Source of the DNA: Candidatus Altiarchaeota archaeon
GTDB lineage: Archaea > Altiarchaeota > Altiarchaeia > IMC4 > SCGC-AAA252-I15
DNA length: 64,000 bases
Reading direction: 5' to 3'
Assembly: GCA_043813075.1 (NCBI GenBank)
Contig: JBDRLL010000003.1
Coordinates: 1-64,000, forward strand
Under the pieces are notes generated by a model. That model was not told the origin of the DNA and did no database searches. It saw only the letters and a list, made by a program, of their open reading frames with translations. A program made the position numbers and the translations under genes. Below, piece by piece: positions 29,113-38,543 of the stretch; positions within the stretch are counted from its first letter, which is position 1; the number at the start of each line of letters is the position of its first letter.

Positions 29113-29909
29113 ATTCTGTAGCATTCTTGCATTAGACTGCATGATTCGCATTTCTTGCCTGAGCCGTGAGGGCACACCTCGGGCAGGTCACCGTCAAGCA
29201 ACTCCAGTATGAGGTCTCTAGAATACAAAACCTCCCGCCTAAGCTTTTCTGTGTTTAACACTGGACGGGACTCGTGAACCCGCACATACTCCACCATGCC
29301 ATAAGGTATCATAACGCCAAACTCGTCTTCAACAAGCATGCTGTAGGAGCATATCTGGAGCCGGTGGCCGTTATGCACGTTTTCCGGTGGAACACCAGTC
29401 TTCAATTCCACAGGGAATAGGCTGTCCCGCCTCATTATCTTATCCACCCTACCCTTAAGCATGAGAGATTCGGACTTGATGGAATATTCAATCTTCCAGG
29501 GAGTCATGTATTCCAGCGCCTTCTCATATCCCATTTCTGAAACCATCAAATCCATCTTATCGGCAAGTATCCTAAACTCCGATGAAACCTCGTTTTTTAC
29601 CTCACCCAATAGACTGGCATGGTCTGGAATCCACCATTCCCGGAATATGTGCGGGAGATCGCGTGAAATCCTGTCCAACTCCGAGTCTAGGATGCCGTCT
29701 GCAGAACCTTTTTCACGGATTAAACGCATTATCTTAGCCTGTCGGAGAGACAATTCCTTTCGAACAGCATGACCCATCAAGCCCTTGAAAGTCGAATGGC
29801 CGACAATATTGCTCAAACCCATTACACGCTGGAGGTAAAGCAGCCTAGGGCAGTACGCGTAGACGTTCATGTCAGAAGCGTTAACATACCTTAATCCATT
29901 CTCTGTCAC
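29109..29909 (-). CDS. cas4: Solo Cas4/Dna2-like PD-(D/E)xK nuclease with Fe-S cysteines
   Basis: YCPR, LKGRVD, PVELKTG, Q...Y and C-terminal CxxCx5C; likely GTG start at 29909 after GGAGG. Confidence 0.8.
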   Translation of the reverse strand: MTENGLRYVNASDMNVYAYCPRLLYLQRVMGLSNIVGHSTFKGLMGHAVRKELSLRQAKIMRLIREKGSADGILDSELDRISRDLPHIFREWWIPDHASLLGEVKNEVSSEFRILADKMDLMVSEMGYEKALEYMTPWKIEYSIKSESLMLKGRVDKIMRRDSLFPVELKTGVPPENVHNGHRLQICSYSMLVEDEFGVMIPYGMVEYVRVHESRPVLNTEKLRREVLYSRDLILELLDGDLPEVCPHGSGKKCESCSLMQECYRI

Positions 29910-30243
29910 CCACAACCACCTCCAGCCGGCCGTTATATAGTTGAACAGTGCCGGTAACTTCGACTCTTGAACCCCTTTCAGGCATCCTCTCGATTCCAAT
30001 GCGCTGCGGCAGGAATACCTCTATCATGGAATTGTTCTCAACCACTGTCAGCATATGGCTCCCACCATCAAAACGATGGGTGGAGTGCACGTACCCTGCG
30101 AACCGCACGTTACGCTCCAGAGAGCTGACGCTAATGTCCTGGATGCGCGAATACGGTGGCTGAACGTGCTTCGACGCGTAATATAGTAGAACCAACCCCA
30201 CAACAGACACTGCCAGAGCGACGGCGAACATCCGCCCTGACAT
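29881..30243 (-). CDS. Membrane-anchored OB-fold nucleic-acid-binding protein
   Basis: N-terminal TM segment; VRFAGYV ... GSRVEVTGTVQLYNGRLEV. Confidence 0.75.
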   Translation of the reverse strand: MSGRMFAVALAVSVVGLVLLYYASKHVQPPYSRIQDISVSSLERNVRFAGYVHSTHRFDGGSHMLTVVENNSMIEVFLPQRIGIERMPERGSRVEVTGTVQLYNGRLEVVVGDREWIKVC

Positions 30244-30273
30244 ACAAAGATATAGGGGATTATTGAAATAAAA

Positions 30274-30927
30274 CTATATTTCACACGATTCTAAACGGTC
30301 TTCGAAGTAAAATTGGCTTAAAACGATAATCCATGGTATGAAGAACAGGAGTGGAAGGTACATCAGGTAAGCTGAGATGACGATACCCCCAAAGTACAGC
30401 AGATAGATTATCAGGACCTCCCTCAGATTCTCCCTGACGAAGCGATACGACTTGCTGAATGACTCAAAAACCCCCTCACCCTTCGCCATGTAGAAGGGAG
30501 CGAAATACAGGATAAACCCCAATATGATGGGCCCCACCATCGTCAGGGACAGGAATATGTTTGCTATAGTAACGGCCACGCTAGCCATGACTATCTTGAC
30601 TGTGTTGGCCTTCAGTGACTGGATGAAAAAATCGCTGCCAGCCTTGCCGCCGGAGAGGGCGTTCCTAGCTAGTACGGATGTCATGATGAATATGAACTGG
30701 TATGAGAGGCAGGCGACCACCATGAACACTAGGATCCACGCCAGGAACATGATGAAGAGATACAGAAAATCCAGGCCCGCGATAGCATTGAAGATTAATG
30801 CTAAGAAGCCGATGAATAAGCCGGCCATCATAAGGAGGAATATGATGAATATTATGAGCGTCGGGGTGAATATCCATGCGTCAGACAGAAGTAGTTCGTA
30901 TGCCTCCTTCAGTTTGAAGTCGGTCAT
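30274..30927 (-). CDS. Hypothetical multi-pass membrane protein
   Basis: Five to six TM segments; ESFSKSYRFV amphipathic motif. Confidence 0.7.
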   Translation of the reverse strand: MTDFKLKEAYELLLSDAWIFTPTLIIFIIFLLMMAGLFIGFLALIFNAIAGLDFLYLFIMFLAWILVFMVVACLSYQFIFIMTSVLARNALSGGKAGSDFFIQSLKANTVKIVMASVAVTIANIFLSLTMVGPIILGFILYFAPFYMAKGEGVFESFSKSYRFVRENLREVLIIYLLYFGGIVISAYLMYLPLLFFIPWIIVLSQFYFEDRLESCEI

Positions 30928-30950
30928 AGGATAATGTTCGTAGGGTAGAA

Positions 30951-30957
30951 TATATAT
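30951..30957. promoter_or_regulatory. Candidate bidirectional TATA box
   Basis: TATATAT lies 24 and 25 bp from the divergent starts 30927 and 30982. Confidence 0.55.
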
Positions 30958-30981
30958 CCCTGCGCGCAGAATATTCAGTAG

Positions 30982-32169
30982 ATGGCGTTCATAGTCATAT
31001 CCTCATGGATACCGAGGTCATACACCCACGTGTATGAGATAGGCGGTAAACTCGACGGTGTCGGACTGCCCATAGAAGACGTGAGGATAGAGGATGGCCT
31101 GTACTTCACTGTCAGGACAAGGGATGGGCGGAGGGTTGAGGCTTGCATGACGCCTTACGGGCTTTTCTCCTTCAAGTCGGAATTCGGGGAGGATGAGCTG
31201 AGCGATGGCCTGCTATCATCATTCAGCGAGGAGATTAGGAATCTACTGGTTGAGGACATCTTCGGGTCAATACAGAAGGTGACATACCAGCAGGTTAAGG
31301 AGGGTATAATCCCATTGTTCTTCCATAAGACCGTCTTCAGCAGACAGTTCCACCCTGGAAACACGAAGGCTGTGAAGTCCGGAAAGTATGAAGTTTATGT
31401 GAACGACCAGAACATATACTCGGCGGACTCTGGACTATACGTCTGCGGCGAGCCGGTGGCAGCAGACACTGGTGCCACAGAATACTTTTCATACATAGTG
31501 TTGACCAGCAGCTACGTCAACCACATGGTTGAAGTCATGTCAGGGATATACAAGAAGATCCTTGACGTTGAAGTGATAATAGAGACTGAGGAGTTCAAGG
31601 CAATCAAGAACGTGATGGTCTCCATAGGGACCATACGAAAGGACTGTTCTGAGAGATACGGCAAGCTCATGCAGGCGGTAAGCAACTTCAGCCATGCGGA
31701 AAGGTTGTTCAAATCCATGAGGCTAGACGACGCTCAAAAGCAGATGTCTTCAGCGCTTGGGATAGACCGTGGATTTGAGAGGTTGAAGGACGATTCAGAC
31801 TACCTGCTGCCGCTGTGGAGTGACGTGCTGATAAAGAACCTTGAGAACCTGGACTTCATGGTTAACGCACGCTTCGAACTGCAGCAGGCAATAGAGGTTA
31901 GGAAGGAGGAGAAGGAGATGAAACTCCTGCAGGCGATATTCCTCGTTGGAGTGATAGCCTCCATACTTACCTTAGGCGCAATGCCGGGGGCGACCATAAC
32001 ATTATACTCGCCGGATGGCGTACTACTGGCTGAAGGCTCCCTAATCTCATTCAAACTGGAGGACCTGGCTTCATTCGGGGTTCTCGCGATAATAGTCTCC
32101 ATGGTCTTTTTCATAGCGTTCAACTACATCTACTTTCACATAGGGAAACTGATGAAAGACAAGGATTAG
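30982..32169 (+). CDS. Hypothetical protein with CorA-like architecture
   Basis: Soluble alpha/beta domain, long helices, two C-terminal TM segments; GAMP where CorA has GMN. Confidence 0.45.
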   Translation: MAFIVISSWIPRSYTHVYEIGGKLDGVGLPIEDVRIEDGLYFTVRTRDGRRVEACMTPYGLFSFKSEFGEDELSDGLLSSFSEEIRNLLVEDIFGSIQKVTYQQVKEGIIPLFFHKTVFSRQFHPGNTKAVKSGKYEVYVNDQNIYSADSGLYVCGEPVAADTGATEYFSYIVLTSSYVNHMVEVMSGIYKKILDVEVIIETEEFKAIKNVMVSIGTIRKDCSERYGKLMQAVSNFSHAERLFKSMRLDDAQKQMSSALGIDRGFERLKDDSDYLLPLWSDVLIKNLENLDFMVNARFELQQAIEVRKEEKEMKLLQAIFLVGVIASILTLGAMPGATITLYSPDGVLLAEGSLISFKLEDLASFGVLAIIVSMVFFIAFNYIYFHIGKLMKDKD

Positions 32170-32174
32170 AATAC

Positions 32175-32981
32175 CTAGTGCTTTTTGCCGGAGTGCCTTG
32201 CATGCTTCATATGCTCTGCAGCATCCCTTAGATGGCGTCCGTGAGCCACCTCAGAAACACCCTTATGCGCCTTCTCAAATGACTCTACGACCTTGCTACC
32301 GGCCTCAGCAGTCTTACCGCCGACTTCAACACCCTTACCTCCAATCTCAGCGACCTTGCCGGAGACCTCAGCAACCTTGGTGGCCTGGGCTGCGTGACTA
32401 CCATGAGCAAGACCAGAAATCCCCTTCTCCACCTTCTCTAAGGACTCGACAACCCTGCCTCCAACATCGCCCACCCTACCGGACACCTCAGTAATCTTGG
32501 CTATCTGGTGGCTGTGCGCCAGACCGACAATACCCTTCTCGACCTTGCCCACAGACTCAACAGCCTTGCTGCCGACTTCAGCAGCCTTTCCTGACGCCTC
32601 GATAGCCCGGGAGGCCTTAAAAACCTCAGAACCCTTCGTGACCTTCACTATCTTTCCCGCCTTGCTTAACTGGGCTAAACGACCCACCTTAAGAATCCTT
32701 ATAAGCGGGATGACTGCTATTATGTCCAGCCAACACTTCCTAACGAAGAAGAATATGCTCTTAGCGTGATGATGGTATATCCTGTACTTCCAGAAGATGT
32801 CTATGGCAAAAAGACACAGGGCGAAAAAGTCCACTGTACGCAGCAAGTACTCAAACTCCTCAGACAAGTGCCACGTGAACTCCATGACCACCGCCAGGAT
32901 GCTCGCCATGGCAGCGATAAAAATGACTGCCTCCCAGTAGAATGGCATCTCACTGTCAAAAGAATCGCCTTGACTCGCCAT
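32175..32981 (-). CDS. Voltage-sensor-like domain protein without a pore domain, with a C-terminal repeat tail
   Basis: S1 WEAVIF, S2 D...LF..D, S3 WLDIIAVIP, S4 RILKVGRLAQLSK; no GYG pore; three ~26-aa repeats. Confidence 0.7.
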   Translation of the reverse strand: MASQGDSFDSEMPFYWEAVIFIAAMASILAVVMEFTWHLSEEFEYLLRTVDFFALCLFAIDIFWKYRIYHHHAKSIFFFVRKCWLDIIAVIPLIRILKVGRLAQLSKAGKIVKVTKGSEVFKASRAIEASGKAAEVGSKAVESVGKVEKGIVGLAHSHQIAKITEVSGRVGDVGGRVVESLEKVEKGISGLAHGSHAAQATKVAEVSGKVAEIGGKGVEVGGKTAEAGSKVVESFEKAHKGVSEVAHGRHLRDAAEHMKHARHSGKKH

Positions 32982-33010
32982 AGATAGAATTAGTAGGATG
33001 CTATTATAAT

Positions 33011-33169
33011 CTATCCGCCACCGCCGACAGCCTTCTTCTTGCTCTTCCTGCGTATCTTACCGGGCTTACCGCACTTCCGGCATTTTGTGGCCTTGACAGG
33101 ATTCTTAGCGTTGCAATGCATGCACACGCCCTTGAAAATCCTTTTCTCAGCTTCCTTAAACCTAGCCAT
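33011..33169 (-). CDS. rpl40e: 50S ribosomal protein L40e (not in the ORF track)
   Basis: Manual translation [52 protein letters not shown]. Confidence 0.95.
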   Translation of the reverse strand: MARFKEAEKRIFKGVCMHCNAKNPVKATKCRKCGKPGKIRRKSKKKAVGGGG

Positions 33170-33245
33170 CGTGGAGAATTATATGGGAGAATTGCTTTAA
33201 AAACAAACTTTTTAGGGAAAAGTTTGATCAAAAAAAGTGTTATAT

Positions 33246-33280
33246 GTCGTCGAGTCCACTAAAAATGGGTCGAAGACGGC
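33246..33280 (+). repeat. Hairpin downstream of tRNA-iMet with a GA/GAA internal loop
   Basis: GTCGTC-GA-G-TCCA-CTAAAAA-TGGG-T-C-GAA-GACGGC; same design as 22767-22791. Confidence 0.55.
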
Positions 33281-33307
33281 CTTATTGTGTTAAATGACAG
33301 TTTAATT

Positions 33308-33431
33308 TAGCGGGGGATGGATTTGAACCATCGACCTTCGGGTTTCTTACAATTTTCCGTCAACGCTCTTGCGTGAAGCGGAATATGATTGCTATGAGCC
33401 CGACGAGCACTCCTGGCTGCTCAACCCCGCT
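33308..33431 (-). tRNA. Initiator tRNA-Met(CAT) with a 49-nt intron at 37/38 (33344-33392)
   Basis: A1-U72 pair, GGG/CCC anticodon stem, CTCATA|intron|ACCCGA, T-arm GATGG-TTCAAAT-CCATC, BHB-like junction. Confidence 0.93.
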
Positions 33432-33513
33432 GTATTAGTGTTTAATGGGATGCTGGCGTCTTATGTTATAGAAGCATTGGTTTAAATAAGTCTTTATCCG
33501 CGCATACGCCAGG

Positions 33514-34332
33514 CTATACGAGGTTGAACACCGCCCACACCATCCCTAATCCTATGAACAATCCTGCTGCTATCGGGGGTAGCGCAGGCAATACCGTCCT
33601 TCCCCTACCCTGGATGTAGTAGAAGAGCCAGACAAGCCCAAGGAGGCCTCCGAATGCGGTGGGTATAGCGTAGCCTGGCCCGTAGTCTTTGAATACTGAG
33701 ACTGTGAGGACGAGGGGTAGCACCATGTCCCCAGTCCCTATGCCGAGATTACGCTCCCTGAAGGGTATGAGGAACATTAGGGGTAGGCTGTCGCCCTTAG
33801 ACTCCTCCGCTATCCGCACCATGTGTTTCGTTATGAAAACAGATATGAAGTCGTATACAGCTAGCACCAGAAGGAGGATTAATGCAGGGACCAGTGAAAG
33901 CGAAGCCCCGAACCACCCGCCTATGCCAGATAACGCAAGGCATAGTGAGACGTTCGTCAAAACCAGGCTATTCCTCCGGAAATATAAGACGACTGACAAT
34001 ACCAAGGCAATCAGGAGGCCCGCATCCCCGATGAAACTGGACAACGAAAACGTCATTCCACTGAAAAACGCTAACATCATTACGGCCCTAATCACATAAC
34101 CAAGGCGATGCTTCATCAGCAGTAGGACCACCGCCGTGACAATCAGCACGTACAAGAATATGTGGAGTGAAGATGACACACTATCAGGATCGGAGACCGC
34201 AGGCTGGACGACAGGCTCCCCGCCGCCGGGGGGATACATCAACGGCAGGAAGAACGAGCCCACATGCAGGCCGACAACCATCGTAGTCAAGTATATGGAT
34301 GCTAGTAGCGCTAGAGACTTTTGGCTTTGCAT
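33514..34332 (-). CDS. Presenilin-family intramembrane aspartyl protease (PSH)
   Basis: YD..SV..TKHM, GTGD and PALP motifs in a multi-TM protein. Confidence 0.9.
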   Translation of the reverse strand: MQSQKSLALLASIYLTTMVVGLHVGSFFLPLMYPPGGGEPVVQPAVSDPDSVSSSLHIFLYVLIVTAVVLLLMKHRLGYVIRAVMMLAFFSGMTFSLSSFIGDAGLLIALVLSVVLYFRRNSLVLTNVSLCLALSGIGGWFGASLSLVPALILLLVLAVYDFISVFITKHMVRIAEESKGDSLPLMFLIPFRERNLGIGTGDMVLPLVLTVSVFKDYGPGYAIPTAFGGLLGLVWLFYYIQGRGRTVLPALPPIAAGLFIGLGMVWAVFNLV

Positions 34333-34383
34333 ATGAATAAAAAGGAGGATAAGAAGAAAAAGAAGAGGGGGTGAAGGAAGCGA

Positions 34384-36345
34384 CTACTTCCTTCCTTCCA
34401 CCAGAGAGTCAACTATGCTCGGGTCAGCGAGCGTGCTCGTGTCACCAAGCTGGTCCACCTCATTGGAAGCGATCTTCCTCAGAATCCGGCGCATAATCTT
34501 GCCGGAACGAGTCTTCGGCAACGCATTCGTGAACTGTATTTTGTCAGGCTTAGCTATGGGCCCAATCTCCTTCACGACCGTCGCGACAATCGCCTTCTCC
34601 AACTCCTCAGAGGACTCCTGGCCAGCCTTCAGCGTAACGTATGCGTAGAGGCCCTGACCCTTTATGTCGTGCGGGTATCCCACCACAGCAGCCTCTGCTA
34701 CTGCGGGATGCTGGCCGATAGCGCCCTCAACCTCCGCGGTGCCGATACGATGCCCTGAGACGTTGATGACGTCATCCACGCGCCCGGTAATCCAGTAGTA
34801 TCCATCATTGTCCCTGTGGCAGCCGTCGCCAGTATAGAACTTCCCTGGGAATATGGAGAAGTACGTCTGCTTGAACCGGTCATGGTCCCCGTAGACCGTA
34901 CGCATCATCCCTGGCCAAGCGGCCTTTATGGCGAGTATCCCGGTGACGTCGTTGCCTTCCAGCTCCTTGCCCTGATCGTTTATTATGGCCGGCTCAACCC
35001 CGAAGAAAGGGAATGTCGCGCTTCCAGGCTTTGTTGGCGTCGCACCAGGGATTGGTGTGATGATTATCCCCCCAGTCTCCGTCTGCCAGTAGGTATCCAC
35101 TATAGGACACTTCTCCTTACCGATCACCTTATGATACCACATCCATTCAGGCGACTTGATAGGCTCCCCTACAGTTCCAAGAAGCTTGAGGGAAGACAGG
35201 TCATGCTTGTTAGGCCATTCATCGCCCTGCCTCATCAAAGCCCGTATTGCCGTCGGCGCGGTATAGAAGATGTTCACCTTATGCTTTTCAACAAGATCCC
35301 AGAACCTCCCGTAGTCAGGATAATTTGGGACACCCTCAAACATCATCGTCATAGCCCTGTTGGCTAGAGGACCGTATATGATGTATGAGTGTCCTGTAAT
35401 CCATCCTATGTCTGCGGTGCACCAGTAGACGTCTCCCTCATGATAGTCGAAGACGTACTTGAAGGTCGTAGCAGCGTACACCAGGTATCCGCCAGTAGTG
35501 TGCAACACACCCTTAGGCTTCCCTGTGGAACCTGAAGTGTAGAGGATGAACAAAGGGTCTTCAGCATCCATCTCCTCGGGCGGGCAGTCCGTGCTGGCTC
35601 CAGCCAGCTCCTCCCCAACCCAGAAGTCCCTGCCCTCCTTCATCTCAACGTCAACGCCAGTCCGCTTGACTACCAGAACCGTCTTTATGCTAGGCGCCTG
35701 CGCTATCGCATTATCTCCTGTAGACTTCATCGGAATCTTCTTGCCTCCACGAAGCCCGCCATCCTGAGTTATCAGCATGGAACACTGGGAGTCGTTTATA
35801 CGATCCCTTAGGGAGTCGGCCGAGAATCCGCCGAAGACTATTGAGTGTATCGCACCAATCCTTGCGCAAGCCATCATGGAGATCGCAAGCTCAGGGACCA
35901 TCTGAAGGTAGATACATACCCTGTCCCCTTTTTTCACGCCATGCTTCTTAAGCACATTCGAGAATTTAGAGACCTCGTCCATCAGCTGCTTGAACGTGAA
36001 CTTCTTCACATCCCCCGGCTCATTACCCTCCCATATGATCGCGGTCTTGTCTCCGTGGCCTGCTTCAACATGCCGGTCCAGGCAATTGTATGTGACGTTC
36101 AGTTTTCCGCCAGTAAACCACTTGATGTCCGCGGTATTGAAGTCGTATTCACGTACCTTACCCCACTTCTGGAACCAATCAATGCTCTCAGCCATCTTGG
36201 ACCAGAACCCTTCAGGGTCTTTAATGCTTTCAGTGTAAAGCTTCTCATAGTCTTCCATTGATTTTACGTACGCCTTTCCCTGGAAACCGGGGTTTGGCTG
36301 TATAACAACCGTGTCTTCTCCTAAATGGGATTCAACTCCGCTCAT
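34384..36345 (-). CDS. acs: Acetyl-CoA synthetase (AMP-forming)
   Basis: [35 protein letters not shown]. Confidence 0.97.
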   Translation of the reverse strand: MSGVESHLGEDTVVIQPNPGFQGKAYVKSMEDYEKLYTESIKDPEGFWSKMAESIDWFQKWGKVREYDFNTADIKWFTGGKLNVTYNCLDRHVEAGHGDKTAIIWEGNEPGDVKKFTFKQLMDEVSKFSNVLKKHGVKKGDRVCIYLQMVPELAISMMACARIGAIHSIVFGGFSADSLRDRINDSQCSMLITQDGGLRGGKKIPMKSTGDNAIAQAPSIKTVLVVKRTGVDVEMKEGRDFWVGEELAGASTDCPPEEMDAEDPLFILYTSGSTGKPKGVLHTTGGYLVYAATTFKYVFDYHEGDVYWCTADIGWITGHSYIIYGPLANRAMTMMFEGVPNYPDYGRFWDLVEKHKVNIFYTAPTAIRALMRQGDEWPNKHDLSSLKLLGTVGEPIKSPEWMWYHKVIGKEKCPIVDTYWQTETGGIIITPIPGATPTKPGSATFPFFGVEPAIINDQGKELEGNDVTGILAIKAAWPGMMRTVYGDHDRFKQTYFSIFPGKFYTGDGCHRDNDGYYWITGRVDDVINVSGHRIGTAEVEGAIGQHPAVAEAAVVGYPHDIKGQGLYAYVTLKAGQESSEELEKAIVATVVKEIGPIAKPDKIQFTNALPKTRSGKIMRRILRKIASNEVDQLGDTSTLADPSIVDSLVEGRK

Positions 36346-36463
36346 TCTAATTCATCACCCAAAAATTTAATCAAAAAAACAGCGTCTCACGCTCTTTTTG
36401 GAGTATATACTTACAAATTCCTGTTTAAAAGTGTCGGGTTGCGGAACACAATATAATAGGCAG

Positions 36464-36967
36464 CTACGGTTTATCCCCGACAATCCAGGACTCCAGTATT
36501 TGAAGCAGCTGGATTGTCTCGGGAATGAATTCCACTTTATTGAGCTTGCCCTTAGCCTCCTCGATAGTCATGAATTCCCCGTACTCTATCTCATCCTCCA
36601 GCAAATCCGGTTTCCCTGACGTCTTAAACCCGTACACCATGACGTTCTCCTGCTCCTCATGCAGCCTCTTCCTGAAGAAGCCCATCCTAAAGGGGGTTGA
36701 AGCGACGCCAGCCTCCTCAAAAGCCTCCCGGACGACAGCATCATCATAGGACTCTCCGGAAGGCACATGCCCGCCCAATACGATACTCCACTGGCCGCCG
36801 AAGAATTCCTTGCCCCCAGACCTCCTGCTGACCAGTATCCTGCCTTCAGGGTCGAATATGAAGAACTGCACGCTACGGTGGAGAAGCCGTTTTTCATGGC
36901 ACTCCGTCCGGGACGCCCTGCCAACCACGTTGTCATCGTCGTCGACTACGTCGAAGTATTCTGTCAT
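36464..36967 (-). CDS. NUDIX hydrolase (YfcD/Idi-like)
   Basis: LLHRSV, GGHVPSGESYDDAVVREAFEEAG. Confidence 0.88.
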   Translation of the reverse strand: MTEYFDVVDDDDNVVGRASRTECHEKRLLHRSVQFFIFDPEGRILVSRRSGGKEFFGGQWSIVLGGHVPSGESYDDAVVREAFEEAGVASTPFRMGFFRKRLHEEQENVMVYGFKTSGKPDLLEDEIEYGEFMTIEEAKGKLNKVEFIPETIQLLQILESWIVGDKP

Positions 36968-37099
36968 GGATAAATATGCGCTTCAATAAATATCTCCATC
37001 CTAAAGGCTGGAGTATTCATTCAAAAGCGCAGACATCCATCGCATTCATCTGCAACATGGATGTTGCAGTATTATGCGCTTTTGTAGTAAATAATTCAC

Positions 37100-37960
37100 G
37101 TGGAACACGAGACATTGACTGCGTTCTTCTTTGTGCTTGGCATTCTGACGGAGTCGGTCATAATGGTTCGGAAATCCGGCAAGTGGGGTGAGTTCATATC
37201 AATCATCATCCTTTCGGCCATAACATCTTTTTTCGTGTTTGCTGACAACACGAACGTGAACATCATATTCCCAGCAATGGCCGGCATAATAGCATACGCT
37301 TGGATGTTTGCGACCGTGTTCAGGAAGGACATGCTGCCGGTCATCACAGAGGAGGTTATCCTCTCCCACACGATACTGTTCTGGTTCCTGGCCTTTGGCG
37401 TATTAAGGAGGTTTTACTTCCTCAGGGCAATGGACAACATACTGTTGCTGGCCCTGATTCCGACGGCGGGCGCATTATGGATTTCATTCACTGACAGAAG
37501 ACTCGACTTCTGGGGTAAGGCATTCTTCTATTCGTGGTTTCTATTGACCAGCGTGATTTTCATGGCGTATTACTTCATTGGAGGGGTTGTGAGCGTTGCG
37601 TACGAGTACATTGCAGGATCGCTTTCTGTTTTTGATTCTTTTTTCATGGGGATAGTCTTCCTTCACCTTATCGCCAACATAGCCTACGTGTTTGAATTGA
37701 TACCGATTCCTGGAAAGCATGAGACTATGGAACATAGGATGAGGGAGTGGTTCGGTTACTGTAAGGTTCTGGTGGGAAAGTATTCGGACAGGCAGATGAA
37801 GCCATTCCACGCGATGATGATTATGATATTCCAGGGCGGCAGCCTGCTGGCGAACATGCACTTCAGATTCGCGTCCGACTTCCTCCTGTTTAACCTATGG
37901 ATCCTGGCGATACCACTGATAAGCAAGCCGGACGCGATAAAACCTGTTGATAAGGGATAA
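37100..37960 (+). CDS. Hypothetical multi-pass membrane protein
   Basis: About nine TM segments; GTG start. Confidence 0.7.
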   Translation: MEHETLTAFFFVLGILTESVIMVRKSGKWGEFISIIILSAITSFFVFADNTNVNIIFPAMAGIIAYAWMFATVFRKDMLPVITEEVILSHTILFWFLAFGVLRRFYFLRAMDNILLLALIPTAGALWISFTDRRLDFWGKAFFYSWFLLTSVIFMAYYFIGGVVSVAYEYIAGSLSVFDSFFMGIVFLHLIANIAYVFELIPIPGKHETMEHRMREWFGYCKVLVGKYSDRQMKPFHAMMIMIFQGGSLLANMHFRFASDFLLFNLWILAIPLISKPDAIKPVDKG

Positions 37961-37984
37961 AAACCCGTAGAACCAAGTATTCAT

Positions 37985-38542
37985 ATGGACTGTGATTTTG
38001 GGAGGATAAGCAAGGAGGACAGCATCCTAGTGGTGGTCGACGTGCAGGAGAAGTTCGAGGCAGTCATACACGAGTGGGACTACATGCTTGAGAACATCAT
38101 CAAGATCATCAGGGGATTCTCAGCCATGGAACTCCCCATAATCGTGACCGAACAGTATCCGAGGGGGCTTGGCAAGACGGTTAGGGAGGTCAGCGAAGCC
38201 CTGGGGGAGTTCTCGCCCGTAGAGAAGACTTGTTTCAGCTGCATGGGAGAGCCGGAATTCAGGGAAAAGCTGAAGTCTTTCGGGCGTAAAAACATCATAC
38301 TATGCGGGATAGAATCCCATGTGTGCCTACTGAACACGACCCTTGACGCGATAGCTGAAGGGTATAATGTTCACTTCATAGTTGACGCCATATCATCAAG
38401 GAAGGCAGTCGACCACGGCATAACCGTTGAGAGAGTCAATCAGGCTGGTGCCTTCCTGGCTTCTGCGGAGATGGTATTGTTCCAGCTGCTGAAGGACGCG
38501 AAATCGGATGAATTCAAGAAGGTCAGTAGGATAGTGAGATAA
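37985..38542 (+). CDS. Isochorismatase-family cysteine hydrolase
   Basis: VVDVQE, TEQYP.GLG, KT.FS, GIESHVC. Confidence 0.92.
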   Translation: MDCDFGRISKEDSILVVVDVQEKFEAVIHEWDYMLENIIKIIRGFSAMELPIIVTEQYPRGLGKTVREVSEALGEFSPVEKTCFSCMGEPEFREKLKSFGRKNIILCGIESHVCLLNTTLDAIAEGYNVHFIVDAISSRKAVDHGITVERVNQAGAFLASAEMVLFQLLKDAKSDEFKKVSRIVR

Positions 38543-38543
38543 G

